Both the position numbers and the translations under genes were made by a program. A stretch of 64,000 nt of DNA from Longimicrobiales bacterium (lineage in GTDB: Bacteria > Gemmatimonadota > Gemmatimonadetes > Longimicrobiales > Gaopeijiaceae), in the NCBI GenBank assembly GCA_965202805.1, contig OZ241869.1, positions 2,208,001 through 2,272,000 on the forward strand. Reading direction: 5' to 3'. Each line of letters begins with the position of its first letter. The stretch's first letter is position 1. Positions 8,905 through 18,376 of the stretch are shown piece after piece. Below the pieces are notes generated by a model, which saw only the letters and a list, made by a program, of their open reading frames with translations, searched no databases and was not told the DNA's origin.

Positions 8905-10052
8905 CATCTCTTGCGTCCTTCCGTGAGGAGTTCCCCGTCTCCCGCACCCATATCTTCCTGAATCACGCGGGCGTGGCTCCCACCTCGATCCGCGTGGTGC
9001 GGGCGGTTCACGGCTTCATGGATTCGATCGCGCGCGAGGGCCGGCCCGACTTCGACGCCTGGGAATCGGTGGCGCAGGACTGCCGGGAACGGTTTGCGCG
9101 CCTGATCGGGTGCGATGCGGACGAGGTCGCCTTCGTGCGCAACACCTCGCACGGGTTGTCGCTGCTCGCGTCCGGGCTCGACTGGCGGCCCGGGGACCGG
9201 GTCGCGGCGGCGGCATCGGTCGAGTACCCCTCCAACGTCTACCCGTGGATGGACCTCGACCGGCGGGGGATTGCGGCGCTCGACGTGGTCCCCGTGGAGG
9301 CGGACGGGACAGTGACGGTGGAGGCTGCGGACCGGGTGCTCCGTGACGACACCCGCGTGCTGGCGGTCAGTTCGGCCCAATACGCCACGGGAGCGGTCAC
9401 GGACCTCGCCGGTCTGGGGCGGCTGTGCCGGGAGCGCGGAGTGCTCCTGTGCGTCGACGGCATCCAGACGGTGGGCGCCCTGCCCATCGACGTGAAGGAG
9501 GCGGGGGTCCACTTCCTGTCCGCAGACAGCCACAAGTGGATGCTCGGCATGATGGGCATCGGTGCGGTGTTCGTCGACCGCTCGGTGGTCGGGCGCATTC
9601 ATCCGCCGCTGCTCGGCTGGCGCAGCACGACCGACGCCTTCAACTTCGACAGGGTCCACTTCGAGCTTCTGGACCACGCGGGGCGCTACGAGGAGGGGAG
9701 CCTCGCGTATCCGCTCATCGCCGGCTTCGGCGCCGCCCTCGAGCTACTCGAGGAAGCCGGGATCCCCGCCATCGGCGAGCACGTTTGCGCGCTGGTGGCC
9801 GACCTGGCGGAGCGCCTGGAGCGGCTCGGCTGCGTCACTACGCCGGATGCCGGGAGCCGGCGCCACATTCTGACCTTCCGCCATCCCGGACTCGACAACG
9901 AAACGTTGCTCGCGGGACTCGAACGAGCCGGCGTGGTCGCGTCGCTCCGGCGGGATCGCATCCGGGTGGCCCCGCACCTCTACAACACCCATGAAGAGAT
10001 GAGACGCGTGGCGGAGGCGGTGGGCGCGCTGCTCACCGCGAACGTCGGTTAG
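8901..10052 (+). CDS. Class V PLP-dependent enzyme (cysteine-desulfurase fold)
   Basis: FLNHAG, NTSHG, EYPSN, DGIQTVG, DSHKW (PLP lysine), RVAPHLYN; ATGA overlap with the upstream gene. Confidence 0.88.
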   Translation: MTSLASFREEFPVSRTHIFLNHAGVAPTSIRVVRAVHGFMDSIAREGRPDFDAWESVAQDCRERFARLIGCDADEVAFVRNTSHGLSLLASGLDWRPGDRVAAAASVEYPSNVYPWMDLDRRGIAALDVVPVEADGTVTVEAADRVLRDDTRVLAVSSAQYATGAVTDLAGLGRLCRERGVLLCVDGIQTVGALPIDVKEAGVHFLSADSHKWMLGMMGIGAVFVDRSVVGRIHPPLLGWRSTTDAFNFDRVHFELLDHAGRYEEGSLAYPLIAGFGAALELLEEAGIPAIGEHVCALVADLAERLERLGCVTTPDAGSRRHILTFRHPGLDNETLLAGLERAGVVASLRRDRIRVAPHLYNTHEEMRRVAEAVGALLTANVG

Positions 10053-10083
10053 CACTTTGGACAATCGGTTGGCACTTGGACAG
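10045..10083. repeat. Imperfect 20-bp tandem direct repeat
   Basis: TCGGTTAGCACTTTGGACAA followed by TCGGTTGGCACTTGGACAG. Confidence 0.7.
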
Positions 10084-10166
10084 GAAGACGCACATCGAAG
10101 CCGGGGTGGGCATCGAAGCAAGACGAGTATCGCAGGGAGAGAACGAGCCCTGGGGAGGACCGAACC

Positions 10167-12800
10167 ATGAGGAGATTGGGGATGAGACACGCGACGACCA
10201 CGCCGGTGGCGGTGATGACGAGGAAGGCCGCGCTCGCGCTGACCCTGCTCACGACCGTGCTGTCCGCGGGCACGGCGGCGGCGCAGAACCGGCAGGGCGA
10301 CGACGCCCTGCCCACCATCGAGGATAGAACCGCATCGATGGAGTTGATGGACGGCTTCCTGCCCATCTACTGGGATGATGCCGGCGGTCGGATCTGGCTG
10401 GAGATCGCGCAGTGGGACACCGACGTGCTGCACGCCTCGGGCATCGGCGCCGGACTCGGGTCCAACGACATCGGCATCGACCGGGGCCAGCTGGCCGGCT
10501 CTCGCGTGGTGCGCTTTCACCGCGTGGGCCCGAAGGTCCTGATGATCCAGCCCAACTATCGCTTCCGCGCGTCCAGCGACAACCCGGCGGAGCGGAAGGC
10601 GGTGGAGGACGCCTTCGCGCCCTCGACCCTGTGGGGATTCGACGCGGCGGCCGAGACCGGGGAGCGCGTGCTCATCGACTTCACGCCCTTCCTGATGCAG
10701 GACATCGCCGGCTTCGCGGGCCGCCTGCGCCCGGGCACCTACCGGCTCGACCAGAGCCGCAGCTCCGTGTACCTGCCCATGGTCATGAACTTCCCCGAGA
10801 ACACCGAGATGGAGGCGTCGCTGACCTTCGTGCGCCAGGACGGGGGAATGGCCGGCGGCCGCTTCGGCGGGGGTGGCGGCGGCGCCTTCGAGGGCGTCGG
10901 CAATGTCGCGGCCAACGCGGGCGCGGCCACGGTGCGCATGCACCACTCCTTCATCCAGTTGCCCGAGCTGGGCGAGTACACGCCGCGCGCGCACGACTCC
11001 CGCTCCGGCTACGGCGGCATGTCCTTCCAGGACTACTCGGTCGCGCTGGACGAGCCCATGACGCAGCGCTTCATCCGACGGCACCGCTTGGAGAAGCGGG
11101 ATCCGAACGCGGCCATGAGCGAGCCGGTCGAGCCCCTCGTCTACTACCTCGATCCCGGGGCCCCGGAGCCGGTCCGCTCCGCGCTGCTCGATGGAGCACG
11201 GTGGTGGAACCAGGCCTTCGAGGCGGCAGGGTTCATCAACGCCTTCCGGGTCGAGATCCGGCCCGAGGACGTGAGCAGCCATGACGTGCGCTATAACGTG
11301 ATCAACTGGGTGCACCGCTCGACGCGGGGCTGGAGCACGGGCGGCTCGATCACCGATCCGCGCACCGGAGAGATCCTCAAGGGCAACGTGACGCTGGGGT
11401 CGTTGCGGGTGCGCCAGGATTACATGATCGCCGAGGGGCTGCTGGCGCCCTACGAGAACGGCGACGAGGAGGCGAGCGACCTCTCGGAGTGGGCGCTGGC
11501 GCGCATCCGCCAGCTCTCGGCGCACGAGGTGGGACACACGCTGGGGCTGGCGCACAACTACTACGACAGCGACGTCGGGCGCATCTCGGTGATGGACTAC
11601 CCCCACCCGCTGATTACCTGGGACGGCAGCGAGTTCGACTACTCCGAGGTGTACGACACGGACATCGGCGAGTGGGACAAGGTCACGATCCGGTACGGGT
11701 ACTCCGTCTTCCCGCCGGGAGCCGACGAGACGGTGGAGCTGGACCGCATTCTGGACGAGGCGTGGGAGGAGGACGTCCGCTACTTCACCAACCAGGACGT
11801 CTCGGCGCACGCCCGGGTCGACCAGTGGTCCAACGGGACGGACGCCGGGGCCGAGCTTGACCGCATGCTGGACGTGCGCCGCGCGGCCCTGGAGCGCTTC
11901 GGCGAGCGAACGATTCGGAAGGGCACGCCGATGGCGCAGATGGAGGAGGTGCTGGTGCCCCTCTACATGCACCACCGCTACCAGGTAGCCGCCGCCGCGT
12001 CGGTGCTGGGCGGGCTGCACTACACCTACGCGACAAGGGGCGACGGGCTGGAGCCGGTGCGGCCGGCCTCGGCGGGCGAGCAGAAGCGGGCGCTGGACGC
12101 GCTGGTGCGGTCGGTGCAGCCGGCGGAGCTGACCATTCCGGCCAAGGTCCTGGATCAGTTGCCGCCGCGCCCCGCCGGCTACGGACGCACCCGCGAGCTC
12201 TTCCCGCGCTACACGGGATTGATGTTCGACGCGGTCTCGCCGGCGGTGGTGGCGACCGCCCACGTGGTCGGCGAAGTGCTGGAGCCGAGCCGGGCGGCGC
12301 GCCTGCTGGAGCAGAACGCGCTCGACGGGTCGCTCCCGGGACTTGGCGACGTGATCGCCACCCTCACCGCGGTGGGCGACCCCGACGCAGCCGACTCGCC
12401 CTACGAGGCCGAGGTGCGGCGCGCGATCGGCCGGGTGGTCGCGGACGGGCTGATGAGCCTGGCCGGCGGGGCCGCCATGCCGCAGGTGAGAGCGGTGGCG
12501 GCCCAGCACCTGGGATGGATCAGGGCCATGGCCGAGGACCGGTCGAAGGGTGACGACCACAACGCCGCCCACTTCGCGCTGCTCGCCCGGGACATCCAGC
12601 GCTTCGAGGAGCGGCCCCACGAGCCATGGGCGCCGGCGGTGACGCCGAACGCCCCCCCCGGAGCACCCATCGGCACCGCGCCCATGGACTGGATGGGCTT
12701 CGGGACCGGACTGGGCGGCCAGCTCACGGCTCAAGCGGGCCTTGCCGACCTCACCTGGCTGGACAGGCTGGTGCCGTTCTGCGCCTACGAACAGTGGTGA
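10167..12800 (+). CDS. Secreted zinc-dependent metalloprotease (DUF5117/DUF4953-like)
   Basis: Signal peptide; WNQAFEAAGF, DPRTGEILKG, HEVGHTLGLAH zinc motif, SVMDY Met-turn. Confidence 0.88.
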   Translation: MRRLGMRHATTTPVAVMTRKAALALTLLTTVLSAGTAAAQNRQGDDALPTIEDRTASMELMDGFLPIYWDDAGGRIWLEIAQWDTDVLHASGIGAGLGSNDIGIDRGQLAGSRVVRFHRVGPKVLMIQPNYRFRASSDNPAERKAVEDAFAPSTLWGFDAAAETGERVLIDFTPFLMQDIAGFAGRLRPGTYRLDQSRSSVYLPMVMNFPENTEMEASLTFVRQDGGMAGGRFGGGGGGAFEGVGNVAANAGAATVRMHHSFIQLPELGEYTPRAHDSRSGYGGMSFQDYSVALDEPMTQRFIRRHRLEKRDPNAAMSEPVEPLVYYLDPGAPEPVRSALLDGARWWNQAFEAAGFINAFRVEIRPEDVSSHDVRYNVINWVHRSTRGWSTGGSITDPRTGEILKGNVTLGSLRVRQDYMIAEGLLAPYENGDEEASDLSEWALARIRQLSAHEVGHTLGLAHNYYDSDVGRISVMDYPHPLITWDGSEFDYSEVYDTDIGEWDKVTIRYGYSVFPPGADETVELDRILDEAWEEDVRYFTNQDVSAHARVDQWSNGTDAGAELDRMLDVRRAALERFGERTIRKGTPMAQMEEVLVPLYMHHRYQVAAAASVLGGLHYTYATRGDGLEPVRPASAGEQKRALDALVRSVQPAELTIPAKVLDQLPPRPAGYGRTRELFPRYTGLMFDAVSPAVVATAHVVGEVLEPSRAARLLEQNALDGSLPGLGDVIATLTAVGDPDAADSPYEAEVRRAIGRVVADGLMSLAGGAAMPQVRAVAAQHLGWIRAMAEDRSKGDDHNAAHFALLARDIQRFEERPHEPWAPAVTPNAPPGAPIGTAPMDWMGFGTGLGGQLTAQAGLADLTWLDRLVPFCAYEQW

Positions 12801-12895
12801 GGGTCAGCGCGAGCGGGAGCCGCCGGAGAGCCTGGAGAGGCTTGGCGTGCCGATGGTGCGGACCGCCATGAAGACGCTGACCCGGGGTCCGGGCC

Positions 12896-14149
12896 TCAGC
12901 GCAGAACGCGGAAGATCCGGTCGGCGACCGTCGTCATGAGCGGCGTGCCCACCGTAAGCAGGACGATCCCCGCCGTCTGCGCGGGGCGAGACTCATTGCT
13001 CTTGCCCTCGATCAGAAGGAGGTAGCCGGCCGTCGCCGCCATCGCGCTGCCGAGCGCGGCGGGCAGGAACCGACCCCTTGAGCGGCTGGTCTGCCCGGCC
13101 CACCCCGCGGAATAACCGCCGGCGGCGCTGGGCAGGGCCAGCGCCAGAATTCCCGTGCCCGTCGTCAGGACGCTTGGACAGCGCGGGCGGAGGCCTCCGA
13201 GACCGGTATCGATTTCGAGGCAGCGGCTGGCCAGACCGAGCCCGACCGCCAGGCCGACCGCGTTCCCCACCACGGAGCTGGCGAAGACCCGCTCCCATCC
13301 GTAGCGCTGCTCCTCCAGAGACCAGTCGAAGCCGGTCACCAGATCCTCGCTCGCCGCCTCGCGCCTGCGCTGCGGCCCGGTCTTGGTCTCCACCAGCAGC
13401 GCGCCCCCGCCCGCTGCCATGCCGAACCTGGTCGATGCCTGCAGGGGCGACAGCAACTCCACGCGCTCGATGTCGTCGAGCGGCATGGAAAAGTAGAGCA
13501 GAGAAGGCACGGCCGAGCGCACTCCGTCAACGTAGATCGACACGTCGTTGCACCCGCCTTGCGCCGACGTGGAGCGGTATTCGACGCACGAGCCGGTTCT
13601 CCCGGAGCGTACCCGGAGGCCCGGCAGGTGCTGCGCGAGCACATCGGACAGAGCGAGTCCGCGGCGGGCGGCCTCACTGAGCTGCGCCGGCCCGACTTCG
13701 TTGATGGAGTGGCCGGTGGAAATCCTCCTCCGCTCCAACTCCGTGACCGCCTCCACGACGAGGGGCTCGAGTTCGATGGTTCGCGGCGACAGGCGCACGT
13801 CGAGGCGAAGATCCTCGCCCGGATTCACCGCGATTTCACGCGACTGGTCGCCATAGGCGAGATGCTCCACCACCAGGATGTGCGCCCCCCCGGGCACATC
13901 CGTGAAACGGAACATTCCGTCGGCATCGGTCACGGTGGAGATGCCCAGGTCGTGAAGGCGCACGACGACATCGGCGATGGGTTGGGAATTGTCCTGCTCG
14001 AGCACCCGTCCGGTCAGAGCTCCGCTCTCCTGGGCGGCGGCAGCGGTCGCGGACACCAGGGTCAGGACGCATAACAGGGCGACGAGCGAGGTCGCCGGAG
14101 CACATCTCGCGAGCGCGCGCCGCGCCGCAACCGGGAGTCCCGGACGCAT
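12896..14149 (-). CDS. Exported protein with carboxypeptidase-regulatory-like domain, TonB plug-like domain and C-terminal membrane helices (start uncertain, up to 14239)
   Basis: Signal ...AAAA|Q; TDADGMFRF; IYVDGV...DDIERVELL...RFG...GALLVETK; hydrophobic C-terminal segments and no barrel. Confidence 0.72.
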   Translation of the reverse strand: MRPGLPVAARRALARCAPATSLVALLCVLTLVSATAAAAQESGALTGRVLEQDNSQPIADVVVRLHDLGISTVTDADGMFRFTDVPGGAHILVVEHLAYGDQSREIAVNPGEDLRLDVRLSPRTIELEPLVVEAVTELERRRISTGHSINEVGPAQLSEAARRGLALSDVLAQHLPGLRVRSGRTGSCVEYRSTSAQGGCNDVSIYVDGVRSAVPSLLYFSMPLDDIERVELLSPLQASTRFGMAAGGGALLVETKTGPQRRREAASEDLVTGFDWSLEEQRYGWERVFASSVVGNAVGLAVGLGLASRCLEIDTGLGGLRPRCPSVLTTGTGILALALPSAAGGYSAGWAGQTSRSRGRFLPAALGSAMAATAGYLLLIEGKSNESRPAQTAGIVLLTVGTPLMTTVADRIFRVLR

Positions 14150-14366
14150 GGTGGCCGATAGCGAATCCGGTGTGGCTGATGCCGGTCGGACCGGCCGGAG
14201 GGAGGTCATGCGCGAGCCTGTCGGGGGAAAGCGTTCCAATTGGCTGATACCCTGCGGCGATTCGGCACGTTCCGAACCGGACCGGCTCCCGGTGATCCAT
14301 CCGAAGCCAGCCCCGGTACTCCTCTGAAGTTAACGCCCAGGCCCCGGGGAGGCCCCGATGTCCAGG

Positions 14367-15788
14367 CTAACGCCGGCCCGCCGGCGAGGGTCCGATGTCG
14401 ACCCGGATGTCACGCCACTTGCCCTGGCGATAGCGCGCCACGCTCAGGATGCAGCGGGCTGCGTGTCCCAGCAGAATCGCGATCCAGACGTCGGTGGGCT
14501 CGAGCCCGCGCATCTGCTGCAGGATCGCCAGCAGGCCGAGGGGAATCACCACCTGCGAGACGATGGAGATGAAGAGCGGGCTGCGCGTATCGCCGCTCCC
14601 CTGCAGTCCCCCGGTGTACGTGAGCGCGACGGTGACGAAGAGCCCCGAGACGCTCAGGAAGGCGAGCAACTGAACGCCCAGGCCGGCCACCCTGGGGTCG
14701 TCCATGCCGAAGATGGAGAGCAGGGCTTCGGGAACGAGCAGGAACATGGCTCCGACGGCGATGGCGACCCCCAGGCCGATGCGCGAAGCGACCCGCACCC
14801 CCATGACGGCCCGTTCCGGATGTCCCGCACCCAGATTCTGTCCCACGACAGCCCCCGTGGCGCCCATCAGACCCAGCGAGGTCCAGGTGATGAGCGAGAA
14901 CAGCTGAACGTAGCCGACCGCGTACGCGGCCTGCGCCTCCGCGCTCAGGGCGAGCGAGCCGATGAAGCGCAGCAGCAGCACGCCGCCGAGATTCATGACC
15001 ACGCCCTGGATGCCGGCGGGGAGCCCGAACCGGAACAGCTGGCGGATGATCCCCCAGTCCGGGGCGAGCGACATGCCGCGTTCGAAGGCGACGACGGTTC
15101 TGCGCGACAGCAGCAGCCAGAGCACGTACCCGCTCACGATCACTCCGGAGATCACGCTGCCCATCGCCGCGCCCGCGGTGCCGAAGGAGGGGATTGGTCC
15201 CAGGCCGCGGATCAGGATCACGCTGAAGGTGATGTTGAGAAGGGTGAGGGCCACGCCGAGACGGAGCGGCGTTCGCGCGTCCCCGGCCGCGCGGAATGCG
15301 CCTCCGGCCATGAAGAACATCATGGTGCCGAAGCTGAAGACGAAGAGGATGCGCAGGTAGGGGAGCGCCTCCTGCTGGACCTCGGCGGTCGCGCGCACCA
15401 GCCCCAGCAGAGAGGGAGCGAGGAAGTACCCGAGGGGCGCGACGACGCCGATGGACAGGGCCGCGGCCGTGAGGAAGGCCTGATAGACGGTCCGATTGAC
15501 CTTGTCCCTGTCTCCCGCGCCGGCGAAACGGGCCACGAGAATGCCCATCCCCGTGAACAGCGAGGAGACGAAGGTGATCACGACGAGGTAGATCTGCGAG
15601 GACACGCCGATGGCGGCGTTGCCCGCGAAGCCCACGTAGTTGCCGACCATGGCATGGCCGACCACGCCCTGCATGCCGGCGATCACGTTCTGCAGCATGG
15701 TCGGCCACGCGAGCATCCAGACCGCGAGCGGGACCGGCCCCTCTACGATGCTGCGGTCGAAGGGGCGTCCGCCGGCCCGCCGGGACAT
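14367..15788 (-). CDS. MATE family efflux transporter
   Basis: LAWP, ARFAGAGD, RAAGDARTPL, GTAGAAMG, GQNLGAG, GSGDTRSP; about 12 TM segments. Confidence 0.92.
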   Translation of the reverse strand: MSRRAGGRPFDRSIVEGPVPLAVWMLAWPTMLQNVIAGMQGVVGHAMVGNYVGFAGNAAIGVSSQIYLVVITFVSSLFTGMGILVARFAGAGDRDKVNRTVYQAFLTAAALSIGVVAPLGYFLAPSLLGLVRATAEVQQEALPYLRILFVFSFGTMMFFMAGGAFRAAGDARTPLRLGVALTLLNITFSVILIRGLGPIPSFGTAGAAMGSVISGVIVSGYVLWLLLSRRTVVAFERGMSLAPDWGIIRQLFRFGLPAGIQGVVMNLGGVLLLRFIGSLALSAEAQAAYAVGYVQLFSLITWTSLGLMGATGAVVGQNLGAGHPERAVMGVRVASRIGLGVAIAVGAMFLLVPEALLSIFGMDDPRVAGLGVQLLAFLSVSGLFVTVALTYTGGLQGSGDTRSPLFISIVSQVVIPLGLLAILQQMRGLEPTDVWIAILLGHAARCILSVARYRQGKWRDIRVDIGPSPAGRR

Positions 15789-15809
15789 GTCGCGAACGAC
15801 CCGCGCGGG

Positions 15810-16565
15810 TCAGGCCGGCGTGCCTTTTCTCCGGACGACCCGAAGGAGCTTCGCCAGGGGGTCGTACGCCCTGTCCACGACGCGCTCCTTGAGGGGGATG
15901 ATGGCGTTGTCGGTGATGGTGATGCTCTCGGGACACACCTTGGTACAGCACTTCGTGATGTTGCAGTAGCCCACGCCCTGATCCTTGCGCAGGGCCTCGA
16001 GCCGGTCCCCGGTGTCGAGCGGATGCATCTCCAGAGCCGCCACATGCACCATGTAGCGCGGCCCGATGAACTCCTCGTGCAGGTGGTGGTCCCTGAGCAC
16101 GTGACATACGTCCTGGCACAGGAAGCACTCGATGCACTTGCGGAACTCCATCACCCGGTCGACGTCTTCCTGGAAGATCTCCCAGGTGCCGTCCTCATGA
16201 TCGGGCTCGCGGGGCTGGAAGGCGTCGATGTTCTCCTTTACGCGGTAGTTCCAGGAGACGTCGGTGACCAGGTCGCGCACCAGCGGGAAGGCCTTCATGG
16301 GCTCGATGGTGACCGGCTCGTCCATGGGAAGGTCGCTCAGGCGGGTCATGCACATGAGCTTGGGCATGCCGTTCACCTCGGCGGAGCACGATCCGCAGCG
16401 GCCCGCCTTGCAGTTCCAGCGCACCGCCAGGTCGTTCGCCTGCTCGGCCTGGATCCTGTGCACGGCGTCGAGCACCACCATCCCCGTGGTGGTCTCGATG
16501 GTGTAGTCCTGGAACTCTCCGGTGTCCCGGTCCCCTCTCCAGACCCTGAACGTGCTCTCGGCCAT
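15810..16565 (-). CDS. sdhB: Succinate dehydrogenase/fumarate reductase Fe-S subunit
   Basis: CKAGRCGSC...C, CIECFLCQDVC, CNITKCCTKVCP; TAATG overlap with sdhA. Confidence 0.93.
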   Translation of the reverse strand: MAESTFRVWRGDRDTGEFQDYTIETTTGMVVLDAVHRIQAEQANDLAVRWNCKAGRCGSCSAEVNGMPKLMCMTRLSDLPMDEPVTIEPMKAFPLVRDLVTDVSWNYRVKENIDAFQPREPDHEDGTWEIFQEDVDRVMEFRKCIECFLCQDVCHVLRDHHLHEEFIGPRYMVHVAALEMHPLDTGDRLEALRKDQGVGYCNITKCCTKVCPESITITDNAIIPLKERVVDRAYDPLAKLLRVVRRKGTPA

Positions 16566-18376
16566 TATCCCTGTTCCTCGATGATTCGGCGCAGCCGCCC
16601 GGGCAGCTCGCGGACCGGTTCCCTGCGACTCTTCATGCTCCCGTCCGCATCCTTCCACAACACGAGGTTGTAGCGGCCCCAGTCGGGATCCTTCGCCGGG
16701 TAGTCGACGCGCGAGTGGGCTCCCCGGCTCTCCCTGCGTCCGATCGCGGCACGGGCGGCGGCTTCGGAGACGGCGAGCAGGTTGTCGAGATCGAGGGCCG
16801 TGTGCCAGCCGGGGTTGTACTCCCGGTTGCCCGTCACGGCGACCTGCGCGGCCCGTTCCCTGAGCGCCCCGATCTCCTCGAGCGCCGACGCCAGGTCGTC
16901 TTCGGTGCGCACGATCCCGACCTTGTCCTGCATGAGCTTCTGAAGGTCTTCCTGCACCTGGTAGGGGCCTTCCCCGCCGTCGTTGGCGAACGGGGCCAGG
17001 GAATGGCGTTCGGCCGTCTCGACCTGCCCGTCGTCGAGCGACGGGGCGGGGTTCTCGCCGGCGAAACGGGCCGCGTACTCGCCGGCCCGCTTGCCGAAGA
17101 CCAGCAGGTCGGAGAGGGAGTTGCCGCCCAGGCGGTTCGCGCCGTGCAGCCCGGCCGCGCACTCCCCGGCGGCGAACAGGCCGGGCACGTTGGACATCTG
17201 CGTGTCCGCGTCCACGCGCACGCCGCCCATCACGTAGTGCGTGGTGGGGCCGACCTCCATGGGCTCCTTCGTGATATCGATGTCCGCCAGCGCCTTGAAC
17301 TGGTGGTACATCCCCGGGAGCTTCCTGCGGATGTGGGCCGGGGCGTCGGAGATCTTCTCGGCGATCCAGGCGATGTCGAGGAACGCTCCGCCGTGCGGGC
17401 TCCCCCGCCCCTCCTTGACCTCGCGCACGATGCAGCGGGCGACGTGGTCGCGGGTGAGCAGCTCGGGAGGCCGGCGCGCGTCGCGGTCGCCCACCACGTA
17501 GCGCCACCCCTCCTCGGGGGAGTCGGCGGTCTGGTCCTTGTAGAGGTCCGGGATGTCGTCGAACATGAACCGGCGCCCCTCGGAGTTGCGCAGCACGCCC
17601 CCTTCCCCGCGCACTCCCTCGGTGACCAGGATGCCGCGCACGCTGGGGGGCCACACCATGCCCGTGGGGTGGAACTGGATGAACTCCATGTCCATCAGCT
17701 CAGCTCCCGCGTGGTAGGCGAGGGCGTGCCCGTCCCCGGTGTATTCCCAGCTGTTGGAGGTGATCTGGTAGGCCTTGCCGATCCCTCCGGTGGCCAGCAC
17801 CACGGCCTTCGCCCCGAAGACCTGGAAGCGCCCCCGCTCGCGGTCGTAGGCGAAGGCCCCCGCCACCCGCTCGCCGTCCAGGAGCAGCCGCGTCACGGTG
17901 CACTCCATGAAGACGTCCATGCCCTGGTGGACGCCGTGGTCCTGAAGGGTGCGGATCATCTCCAGGCCGGTTCGGTCGCCCACGTGCGCCAGGCGCGGGT
18001 ACGCGTGGCCGCCGAAGTTGCGCTGCAGGATGCGCCCGTCGGGGGTGCGGTCCATGAGGGCGCCCCACGCCTCGAGCTCCCTGACGCGATCGGGAGACTC
18101 CTGCGCGTGCAGCTCCGCCATGCGCCAGTCGTTCAGGTACTGGCCGCCGCGCATGGTGTCGGCGAAGTGCACCTCCCAGCTGTCGCGCTCGTCGACGTTG
18201 GAGAGCGCCGCCGCCACCCCGCCCTCGGCCATGACGGTGTGCGCCTTGCCCAGCAGCGACTTGCACACCAGTCCCACCGAGGCGCCCGCCGCGGCGGCCT
18301 CGATGGCGGCGCGCAGCCCCGCCCCGCCGGCGCCGACGACCAGCACGTCGTGTTCGTGCCGCTCGAACTCCGCCAT
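16565..18376 (-). CDS. sdhA: Succinate dehydrogenase/fumarate reductase flavoprotein subunit
   Basis: GAGGAG, AHTVMAEGG, QFHPTG, EGVRGEGG, HYVMGG, HGANRLGGNSL, RESRGAH. Confidence 0.95.
   Translation of the reverse strand: MAEFERHEHDVLVVGAGGAGLRAAIEAAAAGASVGLVCKSLLGKAHTVMAEGGVAAALSNVDERDSWEVHFADTMRGGQYLNDWRMAELHAQESPDRVRELEAWGALMDRTPDGRILQRNFGGHAYPRLAHVGDRTGLEMIRTLQDHGVHQGMDVFMECTVTRLLLDGERVAGAFAYDRERGRFQVFGAKAVVLATGGIGKAYQITSNSWEYTGDGHALAYHAGAELMDMEFIQFHPTGMVWPPSVRGILVTEGVRGEGGVLRNSEGRRFMFDDIPDLYKDQTADSPEEGWRYVVGDRDARRPPELLTRDHVARCIVREVKEGRGSPHGGAFLDIAWIAEKISDAPAHIRRKLPGMYHQFKALADIDITKEPMEVGPTTHYVMGGVRVDADTQMSNVPGLFAAGECAAGLHGANRLGGNSLSDLLVFGKRAGEYAARFAGENPAPSLDDGQVETAERHSLAPFANDGGEGPYQVQEDLQKLMQDKVGIVRTEDDLASALEEIGALRERAAQVAVTGNREYNPGWHTALDLDNLLAVSEAAARAAIGRRESRGAHSRVDYPAKDPDWGRYNLVLWKDADGSMKSRREPVRELPGRLRRIIEEQG

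Noticed and set aside
10049..10077. TTAGCACT/TTGGCACT resembling CIRCE (HrcA) arms
   Set aside because: The arms are direct repeats, not the inverted TTAGCACTC-N9-GAGTGCTAA, and no chaperone gene follows.
9744..12734. 996-aa antisense ORF and similar long ORFs (41287-44238, 20173-22590, 14358-16673, 2872-5109)
   Set aside because: Shadow frames opposite well-supported genes, expected in high-GC DNA; no recognisable motifs.
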